Part shown: positions 48,363-61,295 of the stretch, piece by piece | Numbering within the stretch: position 1 is the stretch's first letter | Layout of the letters: each line of letters starts with the position of its first letter | The notes under the pieces: generated by a model | Told to the model about the DNA's origin: nothing | Database searches by the model: none | The model's input: the letters and a program-made list of their open reading frames with translations, nothing else | NCBI GenBank assembly: GCA_002633005.1 | Contig: NMRA01000227.1 | Location: 379,110-443,109 of the forward strand | DNA length: 64,000 nt | Source of the DNA: Phoronis australis | Taxonomy: Eukaryota; Animalia; Phoronida | Direction of reading: 5' to 3' | Translations under genes and position numbers: made by a program

Positions 48363-50045
48363 AAAAATGTCCATTAACAGCAGATCTTCCCAATAACGGT
48401 CCTGTTGCCTTCAGATTAGTCTTTCATGAATAAATTTACAAAACTGTAGAGTGGTGTCCTCTCAATTCGACTGAATAATGCGCAGACGATTAGTGACCAA
48501 GTAGCGCTCCATTTGGATTGCAGCTTAACTATCGTCATGTGACTCTGTAGAACTACGTGCTGCGTGCAAGCTGTCAAGTTTTGAGTCAGAATGCACGCCA
48601 TAAGTAGTTTGAAGACATATATGTTTGAAATAATAGTTACGATGGTTTATGTGTTTGGGATGTTTATTTTCCAGGCTCTGCGACCCAACAAATTAGCGAA
48701 TTGTCATTGTAAGGTTTAAGTGCGGCCGTCTTATTTTGATTGTCAGGCACCGCTCACTGTTGCCATTGTGTGAAACATGCTACAGGGTGTCATTTCTCGC
48801 GACACCATTTTGACGATCACTTTTAAATGGTCCCATCACCATTTGGCTAAAACAAGTGATGTGGACTTTCAGCACTGCATAAAAGGCCCAAAAAGCATAC
48901 TTGATTCTTGTGTGTACTCCAACAATCATTTTGAAAAGGCCTGACATCATCAAAAAAAGCAAGCACCAGTCCGCATTATTTTCAGATAAGGTCTCAAATG
49001 TTTTGAAAAGCCCCACAAGGCTTGCAAATAAGACCTAACTACACACTACCAGCCCAGATGGATAGTTAGTATTGACAATCAACCTGGAGCAAACCTAGTC
49101 ACTGGAGACAGTCTATCATCCCATAACCACAATTTGTGATGACACTATTAATACCACTATATTACATATTTGAGAAATACAATTGGTTTCTTAAGACAAC
49201 ATGCTATCAAAAGCACTCAACCAGTCATTCTGCACACCTTAGGGTAATAGCCTTCATTCATTACCAACCACCAAATTTATTGAATAACTGTTCAAGTACC
49301 AACAGCAAACTCATAAAACTACGTTCATGATCAAAGAATCTCATTATGTTCATGAAAGCAATGCCCAGGTGTTCATAACCATACGATCACATTTTTTCTT
49401 AAGTTGTGACTTTTCACACATCGCTGTATTTTCCACAAACATGATTTTTTGAACAACTTGCAATTTCTGTTTTTATATTCTATTATTGATTTTCTTATTA
49501 AAGACTTTTAGCCAAAGAGACTGGCTTAACCTCGGTTTTTCAAAGGACAGTGAAGTTCTTTAAGTAAAAAAAAACAAAAGAAAGTCACAGACATACTATT
49601 GTAGATAAGAGAACAAACATACATGATTTCCAAGCGTGTGGAAAAAATGGCAATCTGCAAAAAAACCAAGATTTCTTAAGAAAACATAAATCAATAGGAC
49701 ATTCTTTTTGGACACTATGATTTAGTGACCATCAAGGACTTCACAAACATGTAGTTTCATGGGTCTACTTATAAGTTATTCAAGAAACTTGATGCTAGGT
49801 AACAAAGGTAGTCCACTATCTTAATTTGTAACCCGGTTTGACTGACAGAAAAATCTCATCACTTTATCTCAGAAAGCCTTTCAATTCAGATAATAGTCTC
49901 AAACGAAAACAGCATCTCTACGAGAACCACAACTTCATGAAGAACTTCTTAACTTTGGACACAACACTATATGTGTGCTAGTCGACTACAGACAACCACA
50001 TAGCCTCAAAGCCCTTCAATATTCCAAGGCTGTATACAGCCAGTA

Positions 50046-51332
50046 CTATGCCATGGCGGCATGCCGTAACAATAGAATGAACAAAATGGCAAAAAAGAAC
50101 AGAGACGTGAACATGATCATGAATGCAATCAGTAGGTTCTTGCCCGCAGACTTGCGGTGCTTGAGGTCACGGCGCACAATGGGGGTCTCCCGTGGGCACC
50201 GCACACGGAAATCATTACGGATAAAATTATGACAGCCTTGGCGATGAAACTCGTTCCAGATGATTCTTTTTTTCTTGTCTGGAATGTCGTGACAGCTGAT
50301 GATACACTGACAATAGAACTCAATGCGCAGCGACAGAGGCCACACTTTGAACATGCTGTAATGTTCTACTTTGTAACCCAGTAGGTACATGATCAGTCCC
50401 AGGTAGACATCCTCCAGCGGAAGGGAGGGAATGTTGGGTGACAGGGCGTACAATTGGCGTGCCAGAGGCAAACCCATCACATAAGCTGTGCCTGAGCAGA
50501 ATGGGGGATACCAGTCAAACATGTACTCCTCGTAGGTCACATGATACTTGCTTTCAGGGCTGCGGTAGGGCTCGGTCATCTCCTTGTTGCAACTGCCCAC
50601 TATGGTCTGAGAGAAGTTATACTGCGCAGTGCGCAGGAAGTTGAGCAGCTGAGGCACATTGATAAACATGTCTTCATCTGTCTTCATCAGATAGCGTGCG
50701 CCACTACAGAATGTAGACGCCCACTTGACTGTCATCACCGTCTTGAGCGTTAAGTTCCTGTAGGAGTCATGGAAGTCTTCCTGGATAATGTCGTGGTAAA
50801 TGTCACTCTCCTGCCTCACTTCCTCCATAATCGTGTCGTTGTCTATGCTGCCCAACGTGAATGCGTACGTGACCCTGCCCGGATAATGTGCGATACTTTT
50901 CAACCATGTTTCCCGCATGAGTTGGCGAGATTCATTTGTTGATACGCGGCTGGTAATGAGCATGAGTACCACTGGAGGGGTGCCAAACTTTCGGCACAGA
51001 TCTGGTTCATTAATTATATACCTGTAGTTATGTGGAAAACAATTGTTACAGACAACTGTTCGTACGCCATTGGCAAACGGAGGCTTGCCTGGTTTTGCGT
51101 CACCAGGGATTGGAAACGAAGGAGGCGTTATCACATTCACTTTTGAATTATTTAAATCCAGCACGGTCTGATCTACTCGCACGCTTGCTTCAAATGTACT
51201 CGCCAATTTCCGCGAGTATTTACTAGGCATCCGACTGTCAGGGATTGACATTTGTATGATGAAAAACAAGAAGACCCCAAGGCCAACCGACCATGAGCAG
51301 GAGCGTAGTAGAGATCGGATGCGTATCCGCAT
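50046..51332 (-). CDS. GT31 family beta-1,3-galactosyltransferase / B3GALT-like glycosyltransferase, 428 aa, single coding exon
   Basis: N-terminal signal anchor (WSVGLGVFLFFII). GT31 motifs RQLMRETW, DIIQEDFHDSYRNLTLKT, YLMKTDEDMFIN (DxD), YPPFCSGTAY, LEDVYLG. Splice acceptor ttttgcttttcag| at 51406, upstream of the ATG. Confidence 0.92.
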   Translation of the reverse strand: MRIRIRSLLRSCSWSVGLGVFLFFIIQMSIPDSRMPSKYSRKLASTFEASVRVDQTVLDLNNSKVNVITPPSFPIPGDAKPGKPPFANGVRTVVCNNCFPHNYRYIINEPDLCRKFGTPPVVLMLITSRVSTNESRQLMRETWLKSIAHYPGRVTYAFTLGSIDNDTIMEEVRQESDIYHDIIQEDFHDSYRNLTLKTVMTVKWASTFCSGARYLMKTDEDMFINVPQLLNFLRTAQYNFSQTIVGSCNKEMTEPYRSPESKYHVTYEEYMFDWYPPFCSGTAYVMGLPLARQLYALSPNIPSLPLEDVYLGLIMYLLGYKVEHYSMFKVWPLSLRIEFYCQCIISCHDIPDKKKRIIWNEFHRQGCHNFIRNDFRVRCPRETPIVRRDLKHRKSAGKNLLIAFMIMFTSLFFFAILFILLLRHAAMA

Positions 51333-51794
51333 TGTTGCACACGTTCAGTCAGCTCCAGTCAACACAACACTTGGTCTCCTACCATCAAGTAACGCAACCA
51401 CTCATCTGAAAAGCAAAATACAAACAGGTACTTACATATGCTTTCACAACTGTCTTCTTATGTTAAAGACAAACTAGCTGGCACCTTAGGCTTCCTCGAG
51501 TTTCAAGGGCACTACAGAGACACATCTTACACTAAAATTTCACGAGCCAATTTCAGAGAAAAATAATTACCAAAATAGCCAATATTCATTTGTTCAAAGG
51601 CTTCTAACAGTGTTGTGAATATGCAGTTTTTCAAAATGTTGTCCGGTGGTAACTATGGTACAAACCTTGAACAAGTAAAAGCATTACTTTATTGCCACAT
51701 GCCTTTCATAGGAAAAATCAAAAAATAAAATTTCACTTGTTTGCCGTATTGTGTCCTAAATTAGTGAGCTTTTACTGTAGCCAATAACAGTCAA

Positions 51795-52045
51795 AACACA
51801 GACAATGATGACCGTAACACAGACAATGATGACCGTAACACAGACAATGATGACCGTAACACAGACAATGATGACCGTAACACAGACAATGATGACCGTA
51901 ACACAGACAATGATGACCGTAACACAGACAATGATGACCGTAACACAGACGATGACTGTAACACAGACAATGATGACTGTAACACAAGACAGACAATGAT
52001 GACTGTAACACAAGACAGACAATGATGACTGTGACACAAGACATG
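51795..52045. repeat. 21-bp minisatellite x~11
   Basis: ACACAGACAATGATGACCGTA with degenerate terminal copies. Confidence 0.94.
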
Positions 52046-53983
52046 ACATTACAGCAAGTACACTTCCGTGTACAATGCCGAGGTAACAACAATGAATGTT
52101 TTTGATGAGGAAATGATTAAAGGGAAGAGAATACAAAGACAACTCGACCTTGGGTGAGCATCTGGCACAAGGCAGTGTCACCCAGTGGATATGCATAATG
52201 GTAGTATGTACTCTAGTTGCACAATGCCACAATGCCTCCCAAGAATGCCACAAGTTTAGTGTGATGCCAGAGTGAGTCCAGACTGTGAACACCCCACATT
52301 TAGACCATCAGAAAGGAGCTGATGTAGTAACATAGCATGGGCTTGGAAGAAATGCAACTTTTTCGAGATTTTGAAGAAGGTGCACAATTTCGCGATCAGG
52401 CTGAGGCCTTTAATGTTTTAGCGGGATTAGCCTGGCCAACTTAATTAATTACAGAATTTGGCTTAGAGTATTGATATACAGAATAAACAGTGACAAGTGC
52501 CAGGATAAATTATATTTACTAAATAACACAAGTCCAGTCAACGAATAAACCACTTGTGAATATTATCATTAGATAACATCTGTGGGTTTTCTTAAAGGAG
52601 ACTAGCAGACTTGAAAACCTCCTTCACGAAGAACCATAATGGGACTTTCGTGCTTTAGCACAGGTGTTTGGTGCAATGGGCCCAACCATGAGGCCTGCGC
52701 ACGTCTGATGCACCGCAAATGACATCAGGTCACTTGCACTTTTTTATCATTAAACAGGAGATGAGGTGACTCAGCAACTTGCTACTTTACTAACTTTGTG
52801 ACACAGCCAGAGGTACAACTAAAGAATAGATCAGTCATTATTTTGTGCCCGTCTTTTACAATGCTGGAGGGACAGATGCTTTATTACGGCTATGTAGGAT
52901 CCTAAGATAATGTTCTGATTTTTGTTAATTCAGAACAGCGCAGTGTTCTATTTTCAGAAAATGTATACGGTAATTACTTCTAGTGAGCTAAAATCTACAG
53001 CATTGTAAATACTGGCTCCACAGACTTGCAATAAGGTCCAACTTATTGGTAACCTTAACAAAATGGACATTAACACTACTGATCATATGATAGCACAGAT
53101 GTTTTTATGCATAAATACTGTGAGACTCAATCAATATGATAACAACCGATAGTTGAAGATAACCAAACATGGTAACATACCTGCTTCCTTTCATCATTTG
53201 TAGGTTGAAAACACACCAGAGCTAAGATGATATAACCAGGATTTTCAAGGAAAAATACATCCATAAACCTTAAATATGGCTAGCTGGCATTTCTTTAATC
53301 CTTAGGGGGGGCTGCAACCTCCTAAATCCCCCCATGCACTAATTAACAAATCCTTGAACAATAACTCCAACTGCCTAGTGCCAGTAGACGGATGACTAGG
53401 GGGGACGGTTAAGGTAAAAAGTGTCACCAAAATAATTAATAACATTTTTTCATTTTTTCGAAAGCTTTTAACAATTTTTCAAAATATTGTCTGCTTAAAA
53501 CAAGTAAGAGCATTAAATTTTACCGTAGTTCAATAATAATCATTTTTCAAGCAAAATGAAGACACCACAATCATAATGTACCAAAGTGACATCATGGCCC
53601 GCATTATCTATGCGAATGTACCGTACATGTAGTGAACCTAAAACAACTAGCAACGACCAAAACAGAGCATCACGACATGTCTACAAAATTCACTCTAGGA
53701 GATTATATTAATCACACACATTTGTACAGTAAAACACAATCAATAGTCTATGTAATGACAGTCACTTAGCAGAGCAGGTTATACATCACTGACAAATTAC
53801 TCCATAGCCCTATATTTGTTGACTAAAACAAAATATGTCTGACATTTTGTACTGGCAGGAGTGGTGAAGACAGAAACTTAACTGCAATCCTATCAAAAAT
53901 CAGAACTGTTTAGTGTATGTAGGTCTTAGCCTCAGAATACAAGTTACATTACAATTTCTCAGTGATAAAAGTTCAGCTATTAA

Positions 53984-54434
53984 CAAGGTATCTAAACTAC
54001 ACGGTCAACGAACTCATAAACACGGGCACGGACGCATGAACACGACTCACGGACCTGCAAACACCATCCACTGACTCACAAACACGGGAACGGACTCACA
54101 AGACACGATCCACGCGCTCAAATACACGGGACACGGACTCATATTCACGAGGAAACACGATTAACGGACCGCCAAACACGGGTAATGGACTCATCGGCTT
54201 CCTGGGTCAGCTGACATCTCCATTTTATCTGTAAACCTTGTTTGGCGCTCCGTTAACCGTGTTTCCTCAGGAATATGAGTCCGTGTACCGTGTATTTGGG
54301 TGCGTGGATCGTGTTTTGTGAGTCCGTTCCCGTGTTTGTGAGTCAGTGGACGGTGTTTGCAGGTCCGTGAGTCGTGTTCATGCGTCCATGAGCTGTGTTT
54401 ATGAGTCCGTTAATCGTGTAGTTTAGGTACCTTG
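53984..54434. mobile_element. 451-bp foldback MITE (about 195-bp inverted arms), 5-bp TSD ATTAA
   Basis: CAAGGTATCTAAACTACACG... and ...CGTGTAGTTTAGGTACCTTG. Arms are built from ACACGG/GGACTCA submotifs. ATTAA at 53979-53983 and 54435-54439. Confidence 0.85.
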
Positions 54435-55074
54435 ATTAACAATGGTGCTCTTGAAGCATAGAGTGCCATGCTGGTGTTTAGTTCACAAGAATTGTCTCAC
54501 TTTAAAATAATCCAACTATTCTGGCACCATCTGCCCTATCAGTCAGCAAATTTATGCAGAAATCACCAAGCAGGGGCAGTGACACACAAAATGACCATCA
54601 GTTTCAATTTGACCCCTATTGCATATTCCACAAATTCTTTCATCTTCGGTTACGCCTGTGTGCCGCCCTGTTTTAGTGCAAAGATTGTGCACTTAGCACT
54701 TAAAAGTATTTTTCTTAGGTAGTTCCCTTTACATAGTACCCCCAATAAAATTGATATTCAGTTGAATTAATTGTCAGTCTCGGAAACTTAAAGATTAACA
54801 ACACAAACTGTCCTTGTTTCAACAGCAGCAACTATTAGCATAAAACTATGCAATTAACATGCGTGCATGGAGAAAGGTCACTAAACAACTATTTCAACCC
54901 ATGCAAAACTGGCTTAACATAAAGGTTTCACCAGCACTTTGACCACCAGGGAAAACTCTAGCAAAATATGAAAATGTCTTGCTTACTTCAAAAGAAACAT
55001 ACGCAAAGGGCAGGTTGTGTTAACGATTGCATTGATCAATGTATTGTAGTGCGTGGTGGTGCAATTTCCACTTT

Positions 55075-56716
55075 AACAAGAGCAACGCAGAGCACTGAAA
55101 TGCACCCACGAATGCACCACAAATGGGGTGCATCGAGGGTTGATTATTTGCATCATAAAAATGGCCACTAGATGGCGCAAAAATGTCCGATACATCTGAA
55201 AACAGGAAGTGCCACCACTTCTCTATAAAAACTACTTACCAAATTTTACAAAAATCTGTCAAGGAACTTCAGAGAAACAAAGGAAAACAGAAAAAATGAA
55301 ATTTCTACTAGGGGGCACAGGGTTCTTTGGATCTGCCTAAAAGTGGTCGTTGTCTGTTGTTAGCTTCATATAAATACCCTTACTAAATTTAATAAACATT
55401 CTATACTGGGTTTAGTCGAAGTAATCTCCAACCATCTTCTTCATACTGAGAACATAAGTGCCAATTATCAAAATCGTCCTCAGAATAGATTGGATGGACT
55501 AAAAAACAGCAAAAATGGCCACTAGGTGGCACAAAATACCTCGATTTCACTCGAAAAAGGGAGGATAGCGTCATCTCATTAATAGATGCTTGTATTCCAA
55601 ATTTTATGAAAATCCGTTAAGGACCTTTGAAGAAACAGGTAAATGTAAAAAACTAAAATTGACACTAGGGAGCACACCAGTAGTCAGATCTGTCCAAAAG
55701 TCGTGGTCGTTCGTTGTCAACATCATATAAATACATTTGCTAAGTTAGTAAAGATCTTGCAAACGATTTAGGAAATACAGCTACGAACACAAAAAACAAA
55801 ACTGCCACTAGGAAGTGCCACAGTAGTTGAAGACGTGGGAAAATCATCATGAGCCATACTCTTCATAATAAGAACATGCATGACAATTTTCATAATCATC
55901 CTTAGAGCGGCTTGGTTAACAAAGGGGTGGACGTCAACAGACTCGGAAACAATAAAAATAGCCACTAGATGGTGCAAACTTCATCGAATCCATCCCAAAA
56001 GGGATGGAGAGCATTATCTCATTCATAGATGCCTGTATGCCAAATTTTATGAAAATCCGTGGAGGACATTTGACAATATAGAGGTAAACGTAAAAAAAGT
56101 AAAATTGACACTAGGGTGCACAGCGGTAGTCAGATCTGTCCAAAAGTCGTCGTCGTCCATTGCCAACATCATATAAATACACTTGCTAAATTTAGTAAAA
56201 ATCCTGCAAACGGTTTAGGAAATACAGCCATGGACGTAAAAAAAAAACTGCCACTAGGAGGTGCCACAGTAGTCGAAGTTGTTGGAAAATTATTGTCAGC
56301 CGTCCTCTAAATAGCAAGAACATACATGCCAATTTTCGCAATCCTCCTAATGGGCGGTTTGGTTGATAGAGGGGCGGACGCCAAAAAACAGACTCGAAAA
56401 CAGTAAAAATGGCCACTAGGTGGCGCAAACTATGTCGAATCCGTCCGAAAGGGAGAGGATAGCGTCATCTCACTAATACGTGCTTATATGCCAAATTTTA
56501 TGAAAATACCTTGAGGACCTTTGAAGATACAGAGGTAAACATAAAAAACTAATACTGCCATTAGGGGGCACACCGGTAATTGGATCCGTCCGATAGTTCG
56601 CTCATGCCGTCCCATCCATGAATTAAAAGGAACACAGGTGCAACATTTCATGAACATACGCCAAACGGTTTTGGAGATAGAGCAGCAGACAACGGACGGA
56701 TGCCAGACAGACACGG
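55075..56716 (-). mobile_element. HINE family A copy lacking its head hairpin
   Basis: AACAAGAGCAACGCAGAGCACTGAAATGCACCCACG end at 55075, about 10 monomers, then GGAC/AGAC microsatellite at 56687-56718. Confidence 0.75.
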
Positions 56717-56963
56717 ACAAAATGGAGATGTCAGCTGACCCTGGAAGCCGATGAGTCCATGACCCGTGTTTGGCGGTCCGTTAAACGTGTTTCCTCGGGG
56801 AATATGAGTCCGTGTCTCGTGTATTTGGGTGCGTGAATTGTGTTTTGTGAGTCCGTTCCCGTGTTTGTGAGACAGTGGACAGTGTTTGCAGGTCCGTGAG
56901 TCGTGTTCATGCTTCCGTGCCCAGTGTTTATGAGTCTGTTGACCGTGTAGTTTAGGTACCTTG
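56717..56963 (-). mobile_element. Half copy (one arm + spacer) of the foldback MITE
   Basis: Reverse complement of 53984-54228, ending GTAGTTTAGGTACCTTG. Confidence 0.85.
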
Positions 56964-57043
56964 AGAGAGTGGTGGCATAATCTGCATGTTGTCTCGGAGA
57001 CAGAATCTCATTTACAAGGTTATTAATATAATACATGGATTGT

Positions 57044-57207
57044 CCAGTGTTCAGTTGCACTACATAAGAAGTCATCCACAAACACACTGGTGTGACCTCC
57101 AGTGTTCAGTTGCACTACATAAGAAGTCATCCACAAACACACTGATGTGACCTCCAGTGTTCAGTTGCACTACATAAAAGTCATCCACAAACACACTGGT
57201 GTGACCT
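57044..57207. repeat. 55-bp tandem repeat x3
   Basis: CCAGTGTTCAGTTGCACTACATAAGAAGTCATCCACAAACACACTGGTGTGACCT. Confidence 0.93.
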
Positions 57208-58209
57208 TGTTTTTCTTACCACCAAAAAAAACTCTGTTTATCCATTACTCTGAGTCTCAAGTGACTTGACTGATGTCTACTCAGGTATAGTCATATGACT
57301 AGATGATATAACACAAAACCATAGTATTGTTGAGTCATTGTCACTCACTTGAACAAAGTTGGTCATCTTCATCCTATTGACTCCTCATACCTTCAACTAG
57401 TCACCCATCTCACAACGAAGAGTGAATTTTAAAATATCTTCGGCATGCCAAGTAATGAGAAGAGATCCCAACAACTGTCGGTTATAGCTATCAATCAAAT
57501 CACAGCAGGTATCATAATCACAATAACAAATTACAGACTTGTGTTATGATTGCCAAAGTAATTCACTATTGTCATGGATTCACTAGGATTTACTTGCATT
57601 ACAAATACATTGTTTTGTCAGGTCAGTTTTAATATTATTGACACAACAGTCAAGTTTTACACAAATAATATTGCAAAATTTTACACCTCAGCACCAATCA
57701 AGTGCCTTGCACACCGGTTCATCCTATTCAATAAAAAGGGATACAAGATCTTATGTCCAGGACAATTATGACCCACCCACTAACACGGAAGTGTACCAGC
57801 TCAACACTCTACACTCCTGCAGTCCATGCAGTGGACAATTAAAATTCTACTTCCTCATTCTTAATGTTTTACCATGTTTAAGTTCCATACCACAGCTGAC
57901 AATATTAAGGAAAATGGGACAAGTGCCACAAACTAAAAGACCTTAAAAATGGTTTATTTTGGCAATTATTTTGGTTGAAATTTGTGAGACTTTACAGCTC
58001 ACTAATACACTAACAGTGTACTAATAGTGGACAGACCAGATGGTTAGAAGGAAGTCACAAAGTCATACTGTCAACTTATTGTGGCAAACTCCAATATTTG
58101 GTGCATCAATAATGAGAAAATGGCACATCATACTCTTGAAAACAGAGGGATGGCATACCATACAGATACGCTTGAAGAGGGAGAAAGGGAGAGGGAGGGG
58201 GGAAGGAGG

Positions 58210-58297
58210 NNNNNNNNNNNNNNNNNNNNNNNNNNNNNNNNNNNNNNNNNNNNNNNNNNNNNNNNNNNNNNNNNNNNNNNNNNNNNNNNNNNNNNNN
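58210..58297. other. Assembly gap (88 N) within a purine/G-rich tract
   Basis: N run flanked by GGA/GGGA simple repeats. Confidence 0.98.
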
Positions 58298-59219
58298 GGG
58301 AGTTAGGAAGGGGGGCAGGGAGGGAGAGAATCAGGTATAAAATCCTCAAATTACAACACGAGGAGTAACCTAGATGGTAAAAATTTCCAATTTGAGACAG
58401 TGAAAATTAACTATTTTGCTCAAGATTGGAGTTTGTACCAAATTTCAGAAACAGGCAATAAGTTATGCCTGCCCCAAATTCAAGATATACCATCTACTGA
58501 GTTCTATAAGTGGACAACCCAATAGATTCATGTAAGGTGAGGTAATGGCCATATTTTTAGTTTAGCCAATGTTTGTCTGCCTAGCTGAGGCAACAGCCAC
58601 TAGTAATGATTTGCCACTAATAGACTCCCAAATGTTTCAAAAGATTATAAACCTGTATGCACACAAATCGTGTACTATGATCAAAAGCATACTTCACCTA
58701 CTACCTGCTTTTATCGTCATTTCGGTATGCTAATATGATAAGGGCTAATGACATTAAACACCGACTAACTTGAAGAAAACATCCATTTTCGAATCCCGTT
58801 GACGTATACGAGCCACACTTGGCAAACAAAGGGGCTCAAAATAACTCATCAAGAGCAACGCCAAGCAATGAAATGTTCTCACGACTGTATCACAAATGGT
58901 ATGTATATAGGGGTGTTTATTAGTACCATTAAAATGAATGTCCATCCAACCACAAATGGGAAGGTGACATCATCCCAAAAGAAACCTATTTGCCAAATAT
59001 CCTGAAAATATGTCCAGGAACTACAAAGAGAATGAATCAATACTCTCTTATTCTTACCCTGGGACTACAATTGCTCTAAAATAAGCACACCCAATCTTAA
59101 AACCAGTTCTGTATCTCATATTTAAATTTTTTAATACTGGTAGATATCCTTACTTAACTCTATACAATACATACAGTCACAGAGTCCAAAACATTAAATC
59201 AGTCATCCAGACTACAGGG

Positions 59220-59725
59220 CAGTGTCCTATTTGTCCATGGTAAGGGTGTCTGTGTGTGGTTGCTGTGTCTAAATTTGTAAGTGGTAAAAGTGTTTATGAG
59301 TGGTGGGTGTGTCTTATTTGTCTATGGTATGAGTGTCTGTGTGTGGTGTTTGTATCCTATTTGTCCATGGTAAGGGTGACTGTGTGTGGTGATAGTGTCT
59401 TATTTGTCCATGGCGTGTGTGTGTGTGTATGCGTGTGCGTGTGTGGCTGCGTCTTATTTGTCCGTGGTATGAGTGACTGTGTCGTGGTTGTGTCCTGTTT
59501 GTCCATGGTAAGGCTGACTATGAGTGGTGGTTGTGTTCTCTTTGCCCATGGTAAGGGTGACTGTGTAGTGGTTGCCGTTTGTCCAAAGAAAGGGTGACTG
59601 TGTGGTGGTTGTGTTCTCTTTGTCCATGTCTATGGCAAGGGTGACTGTGAGTAGTGGTTGGCTTGTTTGTCCATGGTGAGGGTGACTGTGTGGTGGTCGT
59701 CTTATTTGTCCATGGAAAGGGTATC
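59220..59725. repeat. Degenerate ~40-bp tandem repeat
   Basis: GTGTCCTATTTGTCCATGGTAAGGGTGACTGTGTGTGGTT-like unit, about 11-12 copies. Confidence 0.85.
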
Positions 59726-60862
59726 AGTGTATGGTGTTCTTCAGTTTACTTGGCAAATGTGGAGAGTTGTAAAAGTATCACTACATAAAGAGTTGTGTGT
59801 TCCATGGTTAGGCTTAGTTACCCCTTGGAAAAAAGCCAGCCACTTAATGCAGGATGAATGTGAATGGTCATCATTAACAGGCTCCCCTAAATCCCGATAT
59901 AAGGAACTAAGACCCTGAAATTTCACAACACCTCTTCAGAGGGGAAAGAGACAAAGTCTCTAATATTTATTGTGTAATTAAGCTTAAAATTCTTACAATA
60001 AACCTTACCATATAATCATTGTCTAGTCAAAACAAAAACAAAATACATCAACTTGATAAGGCAGGAATTTCCATGAAATCAATAACTTTGAATGCAGATG
60101 TGTAAATTACACAAAACAGTATAAAAATAAGGATGTTGCAGACAAGACACACACTGAAATAGTGCAGTTCAGACAATTTACCTCTAACCTACCTATCTGA
60201 TACAGTGCTCTGAAGACATATGTCCAACATAAGTTCACCATTAAAACATATATTGAGACATATTGTCTTGTGAAATTTGGTACAAACTCCAACCTTGAGC
60301 TTAAACTTTAAGAAACCTAACAGATCTTTCCATGGGCCAGACTAATACATTTCAAGTGCTGAAAGCAGATAAGAAGAAACTGAAAATGTCCACACTAGTC
60401 CACCAATTACAGGAATCCCTGAAGGAAGGGCATTAATTATCACAATTGGATGAAATCTAACCAGGCTTCACCTAAGAGACGCAAGAATGCTGACACCAAA
60501 AGCACATCAGTCACAGAGCCTGTCTAAGTGGCGTCAGGAAGTAAATCGGATTAAAATTTAAAAAAATTTTTTTGATGAAGGTGATAAACTCAAAGCTCAG
60601 GACGGTGTACATAATTTTCCTACCAACGTAAGTTTACTTGTACTTAACAACCTCTTGTAGTGGCTGGCATGGTTTGTTTACATAAAGAAACTTTCCTGTC
60701 CTTACCTATATTCAATCTGTGCTCAATCAATCTGATATGGAAAGATTAATAAGAGGTGGGTTTTTATCAACCACACCTTCATAATATGAAGAAAGGTAAA
60801 CATGACAGAAACCTATCGATTTATGGTGAAACCGCATAATTTGTGAAACTTCTGGCTAGTGG

Positions 60863-61295
60863 GTGGCCGATTGCATGAAACAGTCCCAAATACGGACTCA
60901 ACTAAGGTCCCGAAGTATTTTTGCATGTTTGTGTCTTTATGGATGTACAGATGCAATATTTTTCTATCATTTCATCTTTATTGGGAGTTCCTCTTTCATT
61001 AATGACATATTCTAATAATATAACTGGAAACTGAGCCCAGAGTTCATTGAAAATAAATAAATAGGAACTTAAATTGGGGATATTGCGTGAAAAGATTCCT
61101 AATTATTTTCATTAATATTGACTATTCAACATAGAGTTCACACTCGATTTGTATCACAGTTAAAAGATGAGTTAATAATGAAACTAAAACAATACAAGAA
61201 AGGGCAATCAATGTTTTCACAAGTTCAAAAATACGCAGTAGATTTAAGGAAATCAGTTAAATTCCTATTTGGGACTGTTTCATGCAACCGGACAC
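60863..61295. mobile_element. ~430-bp MITE with ~40-bp TIRs
   Basis: Left GTGGCCGATTGCATGAAACAGTCCCAAATACGGACTCAACT; right reverse complement GTGTCCGGTTGCATGAAACAGTCCCAAATAGGAATTTAACT. TSD unclear. Confidence 0.75.

Noticed and set aside
53984-56963. Composite transposon bounded by outer foldback arms and carrying a HINE
   Set aside because: The left element has its own ATTAA TSD pair, and the flank after 56963 (AGAGA) does not match.
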